Source of the DNA: Alphaproteobacteria bacterium
GTDB lineage: Bacteria; Pseudomonadota; Alphaproteobacteria; Micavibrionales; Micavibrionaceae
DNA: 64,000 bases
Assembly: GCA_020442385.1 (NCBI GenBank)
Contig: JAGRKE010000015.1
Location: forward strand, 34,170 to 98,169
Direction: 5' to 3'
Position 1 is the stretch's first letter. Each line of letters starts with the position of its first letter. The notes under the pieces are model-generated. The model was not told the DNA's origin. It worked only from the letters and a program-made list of their open reading frames with translations, and made no database searches. A program made the translations under genes and the position numbers. Shown piece after piece: positions 37,285 through 46,686 of this stretch.

Positions 37285-38332
37285 AATTTTCTCCTTCGGG
37301 CGGGTATAAATGCTCGCCGCCTTTGGGATCTTTGACCAGATATTTGCCGTTTGGCAAGGGAGTCATATAAGAGCATGTAATCGGCACCTTGCCGTATCCG
37401 CCCGGAATATCGAGCATATAATGCGGCAGAGCAACGCCGGAAAGCCGCCCCTGCAGCTCCGCCATGATTGCTTTTCCCTGCGCAATCGACAGATGGAAAT
37501 GCGCGGTTCCCGGTGCTAAATCTGGGTGGTGCAGGTAATAGGGTTTTACATGCGCGCTCAGCAATGTGCGGAAAAGCTGTTCAAGAATTTCAGCGCTATC
37601 ATTCACGCCCTTGAGCAAAACAGACTGTGATAATAGAGAGCATCCGGCCTTATGCAGAGTGTTCAAGCACTCCTGTACGCGTTTTGAAATTTCCTGCGTA
37701 TGATTGGCATGAACCACCATATATATGGGTTTTGTGCGCTCTTCTAAAATCGCTGTCAGCTCTGGCGTTACGCGCGCGGGATCGGCAATGGGAATGCGTG
37801 TATGTATGCGGATAGTCTGTACGTGTTCGATGGCCTCAAGCGCACTGAAAATTTCGTCGAGTTGGCGCGGTGAAAGCACCAGCGGATCGCCGCCGGTTAA
37901 AATCACTTCACGGATTTGCGTGTTTTGACGGATGTAATTTAGTGCTTCTGTGCGCTCCTGCGCGCTCAAGATATCAGAGCCGGGACCGACCCGCTCGCGG
38001 CGAAAGCAATAGCGGCAATACACAGCGCAGATATTGGCGGGCTTGAATAAAACGCGGTCAGGATAGCGGTGAACGATGCCCTTTACTGGCGTGTGTACGT
38101 CATCACCAATCGGATCGATATTTTCCTGTGGCAGAATTGTCAGCTCACGGGCTTGCGGGATGTACTGCTTGGCGACCGGGTCGGTGTGAATGTCACCCTG
38201 AATGGTTTCTTTCACAGCATCGGTGATGCGCACCGCATATTTTTTCTTGAGCACAGCGCTGTCACACCCGCCCTTTTGCGTGATGTAGTTTTCTTGTTTT
38301 TCGGAAGTGTGTTTAAGTTTATTCATACTCAT
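37277..38332 (-). CDS. KamA-family radical SAM lysine 2,3-aminomutase-like enzyme (EpmB-like)
   Basis: 351 aa with CAVYCRYCFRRE radical-SAM cluster motif and ILTGGDPL. Overlaps both pepA and holC ends. Confidence 0.85.
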   Translation of the reverse strand: MSMNKLKHTSEKQENYITQKGGCDSAVLKKKYAVRITDAVKETIQGDIHTDPVAKQYIPQARELTILPQENIDPIGDDVHTPVKGIVHRYPDRVLFKPANICAVYCRYCFRRERVGPGSDILSAQERTEALNYIRQNTQIREVILTGGDPLVLSPRQLDEIFSALEAIEHVQTIRIHTRIPIADPARVTPELTAILEERTKPIYMVVHANHTQEISKRVQECLNTLHKAGCSLLSQSVLLKGVNDSAEILEQLFRTLLSAHVKPYYLHHPDLAPGTAHFHLSIAQGKAIMAELQGRLSGVALPHYMLDIPGGYGKVPITCSYMTPLPNGKYLVKDPKGGEHLYPPEGENYE

Positions 38333-39836
38333 TGGCGATCAGGCGGTCTAGAACGCGCACACCAAAGCCAGTACCGAATTTCGGCACGGTCGGTTTATCG
38401 GCCTTGATATAGGCTGTTCCGGCGATATCCATATGCGCCCATTTCACGCCATCCTCAATAAAATGCTCAAGGAACCCGGCGGCGGTGCACGCCCCGCCCC
38501 AACGCCCGTTGGTGCGCGCCAGATTTTGCAAATCTGCGGTTAGGCTCTCCATATCCTTTTTCCAAACCTCATCAAGCGGCATACGCCAGAGCTTTTCTGT
38601 GGTTTGGCCTGCGGCCGTTTCCAGACCCTGCCACAGCGCATCATCATTAACGAATGTGCCGCAATATTCATGGCCCAGCGCAACCATCATTGCCCCGGTT
38701 AGCGTGGCCAAATCAATCACCGTTCCGGGCTTATATTTCTTCTGTACGTATGTCAGGCAATCGGCAAGGACAAGGCGGCCTTCTGCGTCGGTGTTCATAA
38801 TCTCAATCGTTTTGCCGGAATAGGATTTGATAATATCGCCGGGGCGGTATGCATTGCTGGAGGGCATATTTTCCGCCAGACCGACAATGCCGATCACATG
38901 TGCTTTGGATTTACGCGCGGCTAGGGCCTTCATCGTGCCGACGACGGCGGCCGAGCCGCCCATATCCATTTTCATTTCATCCATACCGGCGCTGGGCTTA
39001 ATTGAAATACCGCCCGTATCAAAGGTCACGCCTTTGCCGACCAGTGCGATAGGCGCGGATGTCTTTGATTTCGCGCTGCCATTCCAATGCATGATCACAA
39101 TGCAGGGCTTTTGGGCCGAGCCCTGACCGACGGCCAAAATGCCGCCCATCTTTAGGGCTTTGAGTTTCTTTTCATCGAGAACTTCAACACGTACACCTGT
39201 ACCGCTAAGCTCTTTTTTGATGTATTTCGCATAGGCGGGCGGGTTAATCGTATTGGGCGGTTCATTGACCAGATCGCGCGCAACAAACACGCCCTCGGCC
39301 ACAAAGCTCATTGGACGGAAAAGTCCAGAAACCGCGCTGTAATGGCTTCCGATTAGGCTCAGGCTTTTGATGGTTTTATCATCATCGCCTTTTTTGGTTT
39401 TGTATTTATCAAAGCGGTAAGAGCGCAATTTAAAACCCATCGCCATAGACGCGTACAGCGCATCGGGATTTTGCTTTTTATCGGTCTTTAAAGCATCCAT
39501 CATCAGCGCGGCCTCTTGCGCACCCGCGCCTTTAACTGCGGCATAAAGCTTTCCGCCCAGCGCTTCGGCTTTGGCTTGATCCAGATCGGTGGTTTTGCCA
39601 ATGCCCAGACAAAGAATGCGCTTGAAATCGGATTTACCGGGAACAGGTAGCAAAAGTGTTTGCCCGTGTTTGCCGGTGAATTTTTCACTGTCTTTAATCG
39701 CGCTTTTGATAAAGCCCTTCAGTTTTTTATCCAGTGCCTTGGCGTTTTCGCCCAGTGCGCCGCCTTCGGATATCAGCAGGACGCCAAGCGGGCTTTGTGT
39801 GGTCAGGGATTTTTTAAATTTTATTGCAGTTGTCAT
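38319..39836 (-). CDS. pepA: leucyl aminopeptidase (M17)
   Basis: 505 aa with NTDAEGRLVLAD and VGKGVTFDTGG motifs. Confidence 0.96.
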   Translation of the reverse strand: MTTAIKFKKSLTTQSPLGVLLISEGGALGENAKALDKKLKGFIKSAIKDSEKFTGKHGQTLLLPVPGKSDFKRILCLGIGKTTDLDQAKAEALGGKLYAAVKGAGAQEAALMMDALKTDKKQNPDALYASMAMGFKLRSYRFDKYKTKKGDDDKTIKSLSLIGSHYSAVSGLFRPMSFVAEGVFVARDLVNEPPNTINPPAYAKYIKKELSGTGVRVEVLDEKKLKALKMGGILAVGQGSAQKPCIVIMHWNGSAKSKTSAPIALVGKGVTFDTGGISIKPSAGMDEMKMDMGGSAAVVGTMKALAARKSKAHVIGIVGLAENMPSSNAYRPGDIIKSYSGKTIEIMNTDAEGRLVLADCLTYVQKKYKPGTVIDLATLTGAMMVALGHEYCGTFVNDDALWQGLETAAGQTTEKLWRMPLDEVWKKDMESLTADLQNLARTNGRWGGACTAAGFLEHFIEDGVKWAHMDIAGTAYIKADKPTVPKFGTGFGVRVLDRLIANEYE

Positions 39837-39907
39837 GAGTGTTTATTCTTTTAAGATCGTTGTGGTCGGGTCTTTATTGGTTTAAACCGTAGAGCATATG
39901 GTTTGTT

Positions 39908-41062
39908 TTGGCCAGAGCGAAAAAGGGCAGAAAATTGAAAATTTTTGACTGGTACATTTTCAAAAATTTGAGCATAGCGACAGTGTTTGTGGCGCTGGTT
40001 CTGACCGTGGTTGTGTTTTTAACGCAATCTCTGAAATTTCTTGAGCTGGTGATTAACGCCGGAGCCTCCAGCTCTTCCTTTTGGCTTTTAACCCTTTTGG
40101 CCTTGCCGCGCTTTATTGAAGTGATTTTGCCATTGGCCCTGATGGCGGCCACGTTGTTTCTTTATAACCGTATGACTATGGATTCTGAATTGGTTGTTGT
40201 GCGTGCGGTGGGTGCCTCACCGCTGTCTATGGCGCGCCCGGCCATAGTTTTGGGCACAATTGTTACGATATTTTTATGGGCGACGACACTTTGGGCAACA
40301 CCGGCCGCGCTGTCGAATATGCACCAGATGCGCCAAGTGATTAAGGCGCAGTTCTCCAGTCTTTTGTTCCGTGAAGGGGTGTTTAATCAGGCTGGACAAG
40401 GACTCACGCTTTATATCCGCGAACGTAGCTCCGATGGTGAAATGCTGGGGCTTATGATTCATGACAGCCGGGAAAAAACTAAAAATCCCTCAACCATTCT
40501 GGCCAAGCGCGGGGTGATTGTTGTGGATGGCGATAACCAGCAAGTTGTGGTTTATGATGGATCGCGTCAGGAATTTGACCGCAAAACCGGCACGCTTCAC
40601 CGGCTGAATTTTGAGCGCTATACGATTGATCTGCCAGAAAGCGCACCTGTTCGGCAACGCTGGGCCGAGCCGGAAGAGAGGACGTTTTTTGAATTGTTCG
40701 ATCCCGATCTTGAAAACGCCCTTGATGTTCGTAATTTACGCGAGTTTAAGGTAGAGATTCACAGGCGAATTATCAGCCCGCTTTTGGCACTTGTTTTCAC
40801 CCTGATTCCTTGCTGTGCATTGTTGCTAGGGCCGCTGGATCGGCGTGGGCAGGCGTGGCGCATTGTTTTTGCCATTGGCGGCATTGTGATTATTGAAGGG
40901 CTGTTCTTGGCGGGCTTTAACATTGCACGGCGCAGCGATGCGGGGATTGTCCTTGCTTATATTCTGGTGCTGCTGCCGCTTGGCTTCTCGTGGTTTTTGC
41001 TCAGCGGTTATGCGGATGCGTTCCGCCGCCGTTTGCTCTATAAAACGGAGGCGCGCTCATGA
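39908..41062 (+). CDS. lptF: LPS export ABC permease LptF
   Basis: 384 aa with a YjgP/YjgQ-type N-terminus YIFKNLSIATVFVALVLTVVVFLTQSLKFLELV. Divergent from pepA as is usual. Confidence 0.9.
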   Translation: MARAKKGRKLKIFDWYIFKNLSIATVFVALVLTVVVFLTQSLKFLELVINAGASSSSFWLLTLLALPRFIEVILPLALMAATLFLYNRMTMDSELVVVRAVGASPLSMARPAIVLGTIVTIFLWATTLWATPAALSNMHQMRQVIKAQFSSLLFREGVFNQAGQGLTLYIRERSSDGEMLGLMIHDSREKTKNPSTILAKRGVIVVDGDNQQVVVYDGSRQEFDRKTGTLHRLNFERYTIDLPESAPVRQRWAEPEERTFFELFDPDLENALDVRNLREFKVEIHRRIISPLLALVFTLIPCCALLLGPLDRRGQAWRIVFAIGGIVIIEGLFLAGFNIARRSDAGIVLAYILVLLPLGFSWFLLSGYADAFRRRLLYKTEARS

Positions 41063-42174
41063 AAATGACACCGACTCTGGGCCGGTATCTGGCCAAATCT
41101 TATTTTTCCAACCTGCTGGTACTGCTGTTTGCGCTGCTGGCGGTGATTTATCTTTTCGATACGGTTGAGCTTTTGCGCCGTGGCAGTAAGTTTGACGATG
41201 TCTCATTAGGTTTGATTTTACAAATGGGGCTTTTGAAATTGCCTGAGGTCGGACAAGTATTGTTTCCCTTTGCCATTCTTTTCAGCGCGATGTTTACCTT
41301 TTGGCAGCTGACGCGGCGCTATGAGTTGATTGTTGTCCGCGCGTCCGGCTTTTCAGTCTGGCAGTTTTTAACACCCGTTTTGACGGTGGCGGTTTTTGTC
41401 GCACTGCTTCAGGTTACGGCGATTAATCCAGTCGGTTCGCTGTTGATTGGAAAGTTTGATCAGCTTGAGAGCAAATATCTTAAGCGCCAAGACAGCCAGA
41501 TTGCCCTGTTTAAAGAGGGGTTATGGCTTCGCCAGGGTTTTGCGCAAACTACATCCGATGCTTCGGATGGCTATGTCATTTTGCATGCTCGCCAGATATC
41601 GCAGCCTGATTGGACGCTCAACGATGTAACGGTCTTATTCTTTAAAAACGACAATACATTTGTCCGCCGTATTGATTCTGAAAGCGCGCATCTGGATCAA
41701 GCACAGTGGGTTTTTGATGATGTTACGATGTATGAGCCGGGAAAAGATCGGATAAAGAGGTCGTCTTATATGCTTCCAACGCAATTGACCATCGCGGATG
41801 TGGAGGAGAGTTTTTCCTCGCCTGAATCCATGTCGTTTTGGCGGCTGCCGGGACATATTCAAACGCTGGAGGAGACAGGGTTTGATGCCAGCCGTTTGCG
41901 TGTGCATTATCACAATTTACTCTCTCAGCCCTTGATGTTTGCGGCGATGATTTTGCTGGCGGCGGCTGTCTCTATGCGTCCACCGCGATTTAACGGCGGA
42001 ATGGCCTTAATCGGTATTGGCGTGTTTTTGGGGTTTTTCGTCTTTTTCATGTCGAGCTTTTTGCAGGCGTTGGGCGCGTCACAACAAATTCCGATCGTGC
42101 TGGCGGCCTGGGCACCGGCGATGATCTGCTTTTTGCTAGGTTTGACGGTTATGATGAATCTTGAGGATGGCTAG
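41059..42174 (+). CDS. lptG: LPS export ABC permease LptG
   Basis: 371 aa, paralogous architecture to LptF, overlapping start. Confidence 0.9.
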   Translation: MKMTPTLGRYLAKSYFSNLLVLLFALLAVIYLFDTVELLRRGSKFDDVSLGLILQMGLLKLPEVGQVLFPFAILFSAMFTFWQLTRRYELIVVRASGFSVWQFLTPVLTVAVFVALLQVTAINPVGSLLIGKFDQLESKYLKRQDSQIALFKEGLWLRQGFAQTTSDASDGYVILHARQISQPDWTLNDVTVLFFKNDNTFVRRIDSESAHLDQAQWVFDDVTMYEPGKDRIKRSSYMLPTQLTIADVEESFSSPESMSFWRLPGHIQTLEETGFDASRLRVHYHNLLSQPLMFAAMILLAAAVSMRPPRFNGGMALIGIGVFLGFFVFFMSSFLQALGASQQIPIVLAAWAPAMICFLLGLTVMMNLEDG

Positions 42175-42393
42175 GGATTTGGCATTGTTCACGCATTTCC
42201 AATGCATTAGAATGTATCTCAACAAATAAATGGTGGGCTTAACGTTTTGGTAATAAAGTCGTGATTAACTGTAGGCTCAAACGCGGATTTCCTCCGTAAA
42301 TTTAATCCTTCAAGATTTTACTAAAGAGTTGACTTAACACACAAAATAGAACAGATATATGGGGCGCGTTTGTGCGCGAAATGGGAAAAGACT

Positions 42394-43158
42394 ATGAAAT
42401 ACGGCACAAAAACAATTTTTAATGTGGCTTTAGCGCTTGTTGTGAGCGCTTTCTTGGCTGGTTGCGCGGGTGATTCATCCAATCCTTACGAGGTGAGCGA
42501 TCCGTTTGAGGGTACGAACAGAGCCATATTTTCTTTCAACAACGCGGTTGACCATGCCGTTATTAACCCGACCATCAGGGGCTACCGCGCTGTTGTACCA
42601 CGTCCGGCGCGTAATGGCGTAAATAACTTCCTTATCAATTTGAAAAGCCCCGTGCGTTTCGGAAACCAGCTTTTGCAAGGTGATCTTGAAGGCGCAGGAA
42701 ATGAATTTGTCCGCACCAGTGTGAACACGCTTTTGGGTGTTGGCGGTATTTTTGATTTGGCCGGTTATGAAGGCCTTGAATATGAATCAGAAGACTTTGG
42801 TCAGACTTTGGCCGTTTGGGGTGTTGGTCACGGGCCGTATCTGGTTGTACCGTTCCTCGGCCCGTCATCGCTGCGTGACTATGTCGGGTATGCGGTTGAT
42901 TCATTCGTTGATCCTTTGAATATGTATCTTCGTAATACAGGCAGAGACGGTGTCTTCTATGCTCGTCTTGGCGCAGAATACTTCAACTTGCGCGACAACT
43001 TGGTTGATGTGCTTGAAGATCTCGAAGCCAGCTCGGTTGATTATTATGCGGCTGTTCGCAGCACATACTACCAAAGCCGCGATGCTTTGGTGAAAGATCA
43101 GTCCAGTTCAGTATCGGCTGGTCCGGCAATCCCGGATTTTGACAGCGAAGATTATTAA
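42394..43158 (+). CDS. mlaA: MlaA/VacJ-family lipoprotein
   Basis: Lipobox LAGC. NRAIFSFNNAVDHAVINPTIRGYRAVVP...LLGVGGIFD. The likely start is ATG 42394; the track start is 42370. Confidence 0.9.
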   Translation: MKYGTKTIFNVALALVVSAFLAGCAGDSSNPYEVSDPFEGTNRAIFSFNNAVDHAVINPTIRGYRAVVPRPARNGVNNFLINLKSPVRFGNQLLQGDLEGAGNEFVRTSVNTLLGVGGIFDLAGYEGLEYESEDFGQTLAVWGVGHGPYLVVPFLGPSSLRDYVGYAVDSFVDPLNMYLRNTGRDGVFYARLGAEYFNLRDNLVDVLEDLEASSVDYYAAVRSTYYQSRDALVKDQSSSVSAGPAIPDFDSEDY

Positions 43159-43246
43159 AAGTTTCTTCTTGAACTATTAAACAGACACGCTAATTTCTTA
43201 TGGGTCATAATTTTTTATGACCCATTTGATGTGAGGAGATATCACA

Positions 43247-43912
43247 GTGACAACTAAACGTTTTTCTAAATCCACCCTTTTGGCGTTAACAACGGCCATT
43301 TTGGTTTCCGGCGCGTATCCCGCGCAGGCTTTTATCAAGGGTATCGATCATAATTCACAAACTCCGCTGACACTGCACGTTGCAGATGACGCGCACGTTC
43401 AAGGAGCACAAAACTTTATTGATGGCGTTGCTAAGCGTGGTATCGGTTTTTTGAGCAATGAATCTCTATCCGAGGCGCAGCGCGAAAAAGAATTCAGACA
43501 GTTGCTAAATGACAGTTTCGATATGAACACGATTGCCCGTTTTGCTTTGGGCCGTTATTGGAAAAGTGCGTCTGAAGCGCAGAAAAAAGAATATCTCAAA
43601 CTGTTCCAGGCCATGATTGTCGAAGTTTATACCGCCCGTTTTTCTGAATATAACGGCCAGGCTTTAGAGGTTGTAAGCGCGCGCGGGGAAGGTGATTCCG
43701 ATGCAATCGTGACATCGAAAATTGTTCCTGCAGAGGGTAAGGACGTGCAAGTTGATTGGCGCGTACGCCACAAAAATGGACGCTATAAGGTCGTTGATGT
43801 TGTTGTGGAAGGTGTCAGTATGGCTCTAACGCAACGTTCGGATTTCGCGTCTGTGATTCAGCGCGGCGGCGGCAATGTCGAGGTTTTGCTCGAACACCTG
43901 CGCGCGTCTTAA
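43247..43912 (+). CDS. mlaC: MlaC/Ttg2D-family periplasmic phospholipid-binding protein
   Basis: 221 aa with a signal peptide and ARFALGRYWKSASEAQKKEYLKLFQAMIVEVYTARF. Confidence 0.85.
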   Translation: MTTKRFSKSTLLALTTAILVSGAYPAQAFIKGIDHNSQTPLTLHVADDAHVQGAQNFIDGVAKRGIGFLSNESLSEAQREKEFRQLLNDSFDMNTIARFALGRYWKSASEAQKKEYLKLFQAMIVEVYTARFSEYNGQALEVVSARGEGDSDAIVTSKIVPAEGKDVQVDWRVRHKNGRYKVVDVVVEGVSMALTQRSDFASVIQRGGGNVEVLLEHLRAS

Positions 43913-43926
43913 ATCCATACAACACC

Positions 43927-46662
43927 TTAATTCAGCAAGGCTGGTAGTGCACCGCCGCCTTTGACGCGGTTGATCAGCAAGTTTCCGCCCGTATAAATCT
44001 GTCCTGAAATTTGTCCGGCCGGATCGCCAGCGCCCTCTTGGAAGGCGGAGACGCTCACACCAGACCAGCGCAAGATTTGGTTCGGGATCAAATCGATCAG
44101 CTTAAAGCTGGAGAGCGCCATCATATACACCAAAATTACATACAGCACTGTGTAGAAAATTTCATCAACGGGTGAACGTAAAAAGTCTGCAAAATCACCA
44201 CCGCCGCCGGTTTCTGCGATCTTTTTAGTGTCAAAACCACTCACATTTTCAACCACAACCGTGAAAATATCATTCAACACATGAACCATGCTGGAGAAAA
44301 GAATGATGCTTGCCAGCAAACCGGTTACGATCAAAACGGGACGTATAAAGATTTCGAGGAGTAGAAAATATCCGTTTGACGCATCACGTCCGGGAATGCC
44401 TTCCCCATCAATGCGAATATGGGCCATGGCCCACAGTGGCATCGCAACCATGGCTTCGAAAATACTTTTGATCCAACCACTGACCGCGAACATGAAATAG
44501 ACAAAGGGCAGCATCGGTAAAATGTAATACAGAATAATACTCATCAGCATCACGGAAAGACCGAGGCCCCACAATGCGCCGCCGATTTGCTGCAATGCTG
44601 CTTTTTCCGCATCTCCGATATTGCCAATAAGACCAGCAAAGTTTTGCCCGCCGGCACCCAGCGCCAAATTTCTGACAGAAGCTTGCATCATCGCGCGGCC
44701 CAAAGAGCTGAGCTGGGCAAGAGGGTGAACGTCGACATTGTCTCTTATGCTGAAAATTCCACTGGTCCCAAGCAGGGCATTAATACCGTCGACCACAATG
44801 TTACCAGTTCTTTTATTGTAAGTCGTTTCGGTGAGTGAATCGGTGTTCCAGAGGCTATAGGCGCGGTATAAAACGGCGGCAATTTTTTGATCTTCTTCAT
44901 GCTCATACGAAATTTTTCCTCCGCTCTCCAATCTGGGATTAAACACGGCTTGTCCGCTGATATTCTGGTTTTTAGCGAGTTTGTTGGTGCGTACTGTTTC
45001 CATGACGGCGGGAAATTTCACAACATTCGGAAAGTTATAGAGCGCCGAGGCAGCCGCGCCGTTAATCTCCGCAATGCGGTTATACCACAGCGCCGCACCT
45101 GCCCAGCCCTTTGCTTTTAAAGCGGGTAGCATGCTGGTCAGATCTGGATTGGAAGTAATTTCTGCGCGTGCGTCTTGAAGGGCTTGTTCAGCCAAGGTTT
45201 TCAAATTGTTGTTGTAGTGGGTGTAGCGATCATTTGCGAAATTTGATTCCAAAACACAGTCAGGCTCGTTTTCACTAACGTAGAAATGTTTGATCAAGCA
45301 GTGTGCGTGATTGCGAATAGCTGTATCAAACCACATAGATCTTACAAGATCATAGTAAAGTTCTTGCAGCCCACCTAAATCGGCAGAAGGGTCATAAGGG
45401 ACTTTCAAGGCAAGACGTCCGCACATCGGATTTACATTGCCTGTAAATTCTTTTGTAAACTCATCACTGGGATCGTCCGGATCAACGGGTGGCGCAATGT
45501 AATGGCCAAAAGAAATAACAATCTGCGCTTGTTTTGCCGTTGTAGTGTTTGAACCGCTTCCAACAACATAATTGACCGCTTGCCCGTATGTTGTGGAAAG
45601 TAATTTTTTAGATGTTCTTGCATCGCTGGTCACAATATAGGCATCAATCGGCATATCTTTGCCGTATTTTCTTGGGGCTGCCATTTCTTCAATAATTTTG
45701 CAGGTCTTTGCGAGATACATGAAATTGAGCAAATCATATTGACCCAGTTCGGGGATCGTCGGAGAGGCCAGAATTTTCTCGCCTTCAATCAGCTCGCCTG
45801 TTGTCAGGTTTTCGTTAAAATAGCCCCAGGCGTTGGTTGCGAAGTTTGACCCGACTTTCGCGGTCCATAGTGTTACAAGCTGCGCGCCGTTTAATCCTTC
45901 ATTCGCACCGCCCATATTTAGTGGCGCAAGCATGGCAAAAAACAAAATCAGGCGCACCGGCGCCCAGGCGCGGTTGGTGCGTTGGCCAAACGGAGTCCCG
46001 GTCGCGGCTGTCTCTGCAACAATCGCTGTAAAGAAATACAGGATGATCAAAACCGCAACGAAGAAGAGGCCGATTGAATAAAAATGAAAAAGCTTATGCA
46101 GGGCGAGTTGAAACGAATCCGGGTATGGTGCGCTTATTGTTGTGATTGGATCGCCCCTCATATCGGCGCATGGCGTTGACGTGGACACACAAGATTCAAA
46201 AATACCCCGTGTTCCGAAAACCCGGTCGAGCATAATAAAAGCGATGTCTTGTTCCGGTCCGCCGCCGCCATGGGCATAGGGGGAATTTACCGAAAAAAGA
46301 TCAGGGATGGATTGTGCCATCACATCTTGCTGCACGAATAAGGAAACGGAAAAGAGTGCGATTTGAACGCCCATCAGTACCAGTCCGCTAAGCGTGACAA
46401 AATAAACCAGAATTTTGTCGATATTCTTTTTATCAAAAACCAGATGATTGGCGGCTTCGCCCAGAACATGGCGAATACCAAAGCGCCCTCTGTTGGCAGG
46501 ATTAAGATAGGAGTGATTATCAGGCAGCAAGCCGATCGCGCTGTAGACAACCGCCATCAAATATGAAATGTGAACAAAGCCGGATGTGAACAAGTCTTTG
46601 AGCCGCGGAAAAAAACCGGGGAGCAGTGTGTATTTCAAAAATTTTGTTTTTGTTGCGCTCAT
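43927..46662 (-). CDS. large polytopic membrane protein, paralogue 3 of 3 in transcription order (DotA/TraY-like, tentative)
   Basis: 911 aa. Shares with the two upstream genes: GIRHV.GEAAN, the Cys-x7-Cys loop, AETAATGTPFGQRTNRAWAPVRL, GSNFATNAW, GWAGAALWYN, HPLAQL, and the C-terminal TM bundle with PLWAMAHIRIDGEGIPG and FKLIDLIPNQILRW. Confidence 0.8.
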   Translation of the reverse strand: MSATKTKFLKYTLLPGFFPRLKDLFTSGFVHISYLMAVVYSAIGLLPDNHSYLNPANRGRFGIRHVLGEAANHLVFDKKNIDKILVYFVTLSGLVLMGVQIALFSVSLFVQQDVMAQSIPDLFSVNSPYAHGGGGPEQDIAFIMLDRVFGTRGIFESCVSTSTPCADMRGDPITTISAPYPDSFQLALHKLFHFYSIGLFFVAVLIILYFFTAIVAETAATGTPFGQRTNRAWAPVRLILFFAMLAPLNMGGANEGLNGAQLVTLWTAKVGSNFATNAWGYFNENLTTGELIEGEKILASPTIPELGQYDLLNFMYLAKTCKIIEEMAAPRKYGKDMPIDAYIVTSDARTSKKLLSTTYGQAVNYVVGSGSNTTTAKQAQIVISFGHYIAPPVDPDDPSDEFTKEFTGNVNPMCGRLALKVPYDPSADLGGLQELYYDLVRSMWFDTAIRNHAHCLIKHFYVSENEPDCVLESNFANDRYTHYNNNLKTLAEQALQDARAEITSNPDLTSMLPALKAKGWAGAALWYNRIAEINGAAASALYNFPNVVKFPAVMETVRTNKLAKNQNISGQAVFNPRLESGGKISYEHEEDQKIAAVLYRAYSLWNTDSLTETTYNKRTGNIVVDGINALLGTSGIFSIRDNVDVHPLAQLSSLGRAMMQASVRNLALGAGGQNFAGLIGNIGDAEKAALQQIGGALWGLGLSVMLMSIILYYILPMLPFVYFMFAVSGWIKSIFEAMVAMPLWAMAHIRIDGEGIPGRDASNGYFLLLEIFIRPVLIVTGLLASIILFSSMVHVLNDIFTVVVENVSGFDTKKIAETGGGGDFADFLRSPVDEIFYTVLYVILVYMMALSSFKLIDLIPNQILRWSGVSVSAFQEGAGDPAGQISGQIYTGGNLLINRVKGGGALPALLN

Positions 46663-46686
46663 ATTGTTTCGTTAGGACTTATCGTA

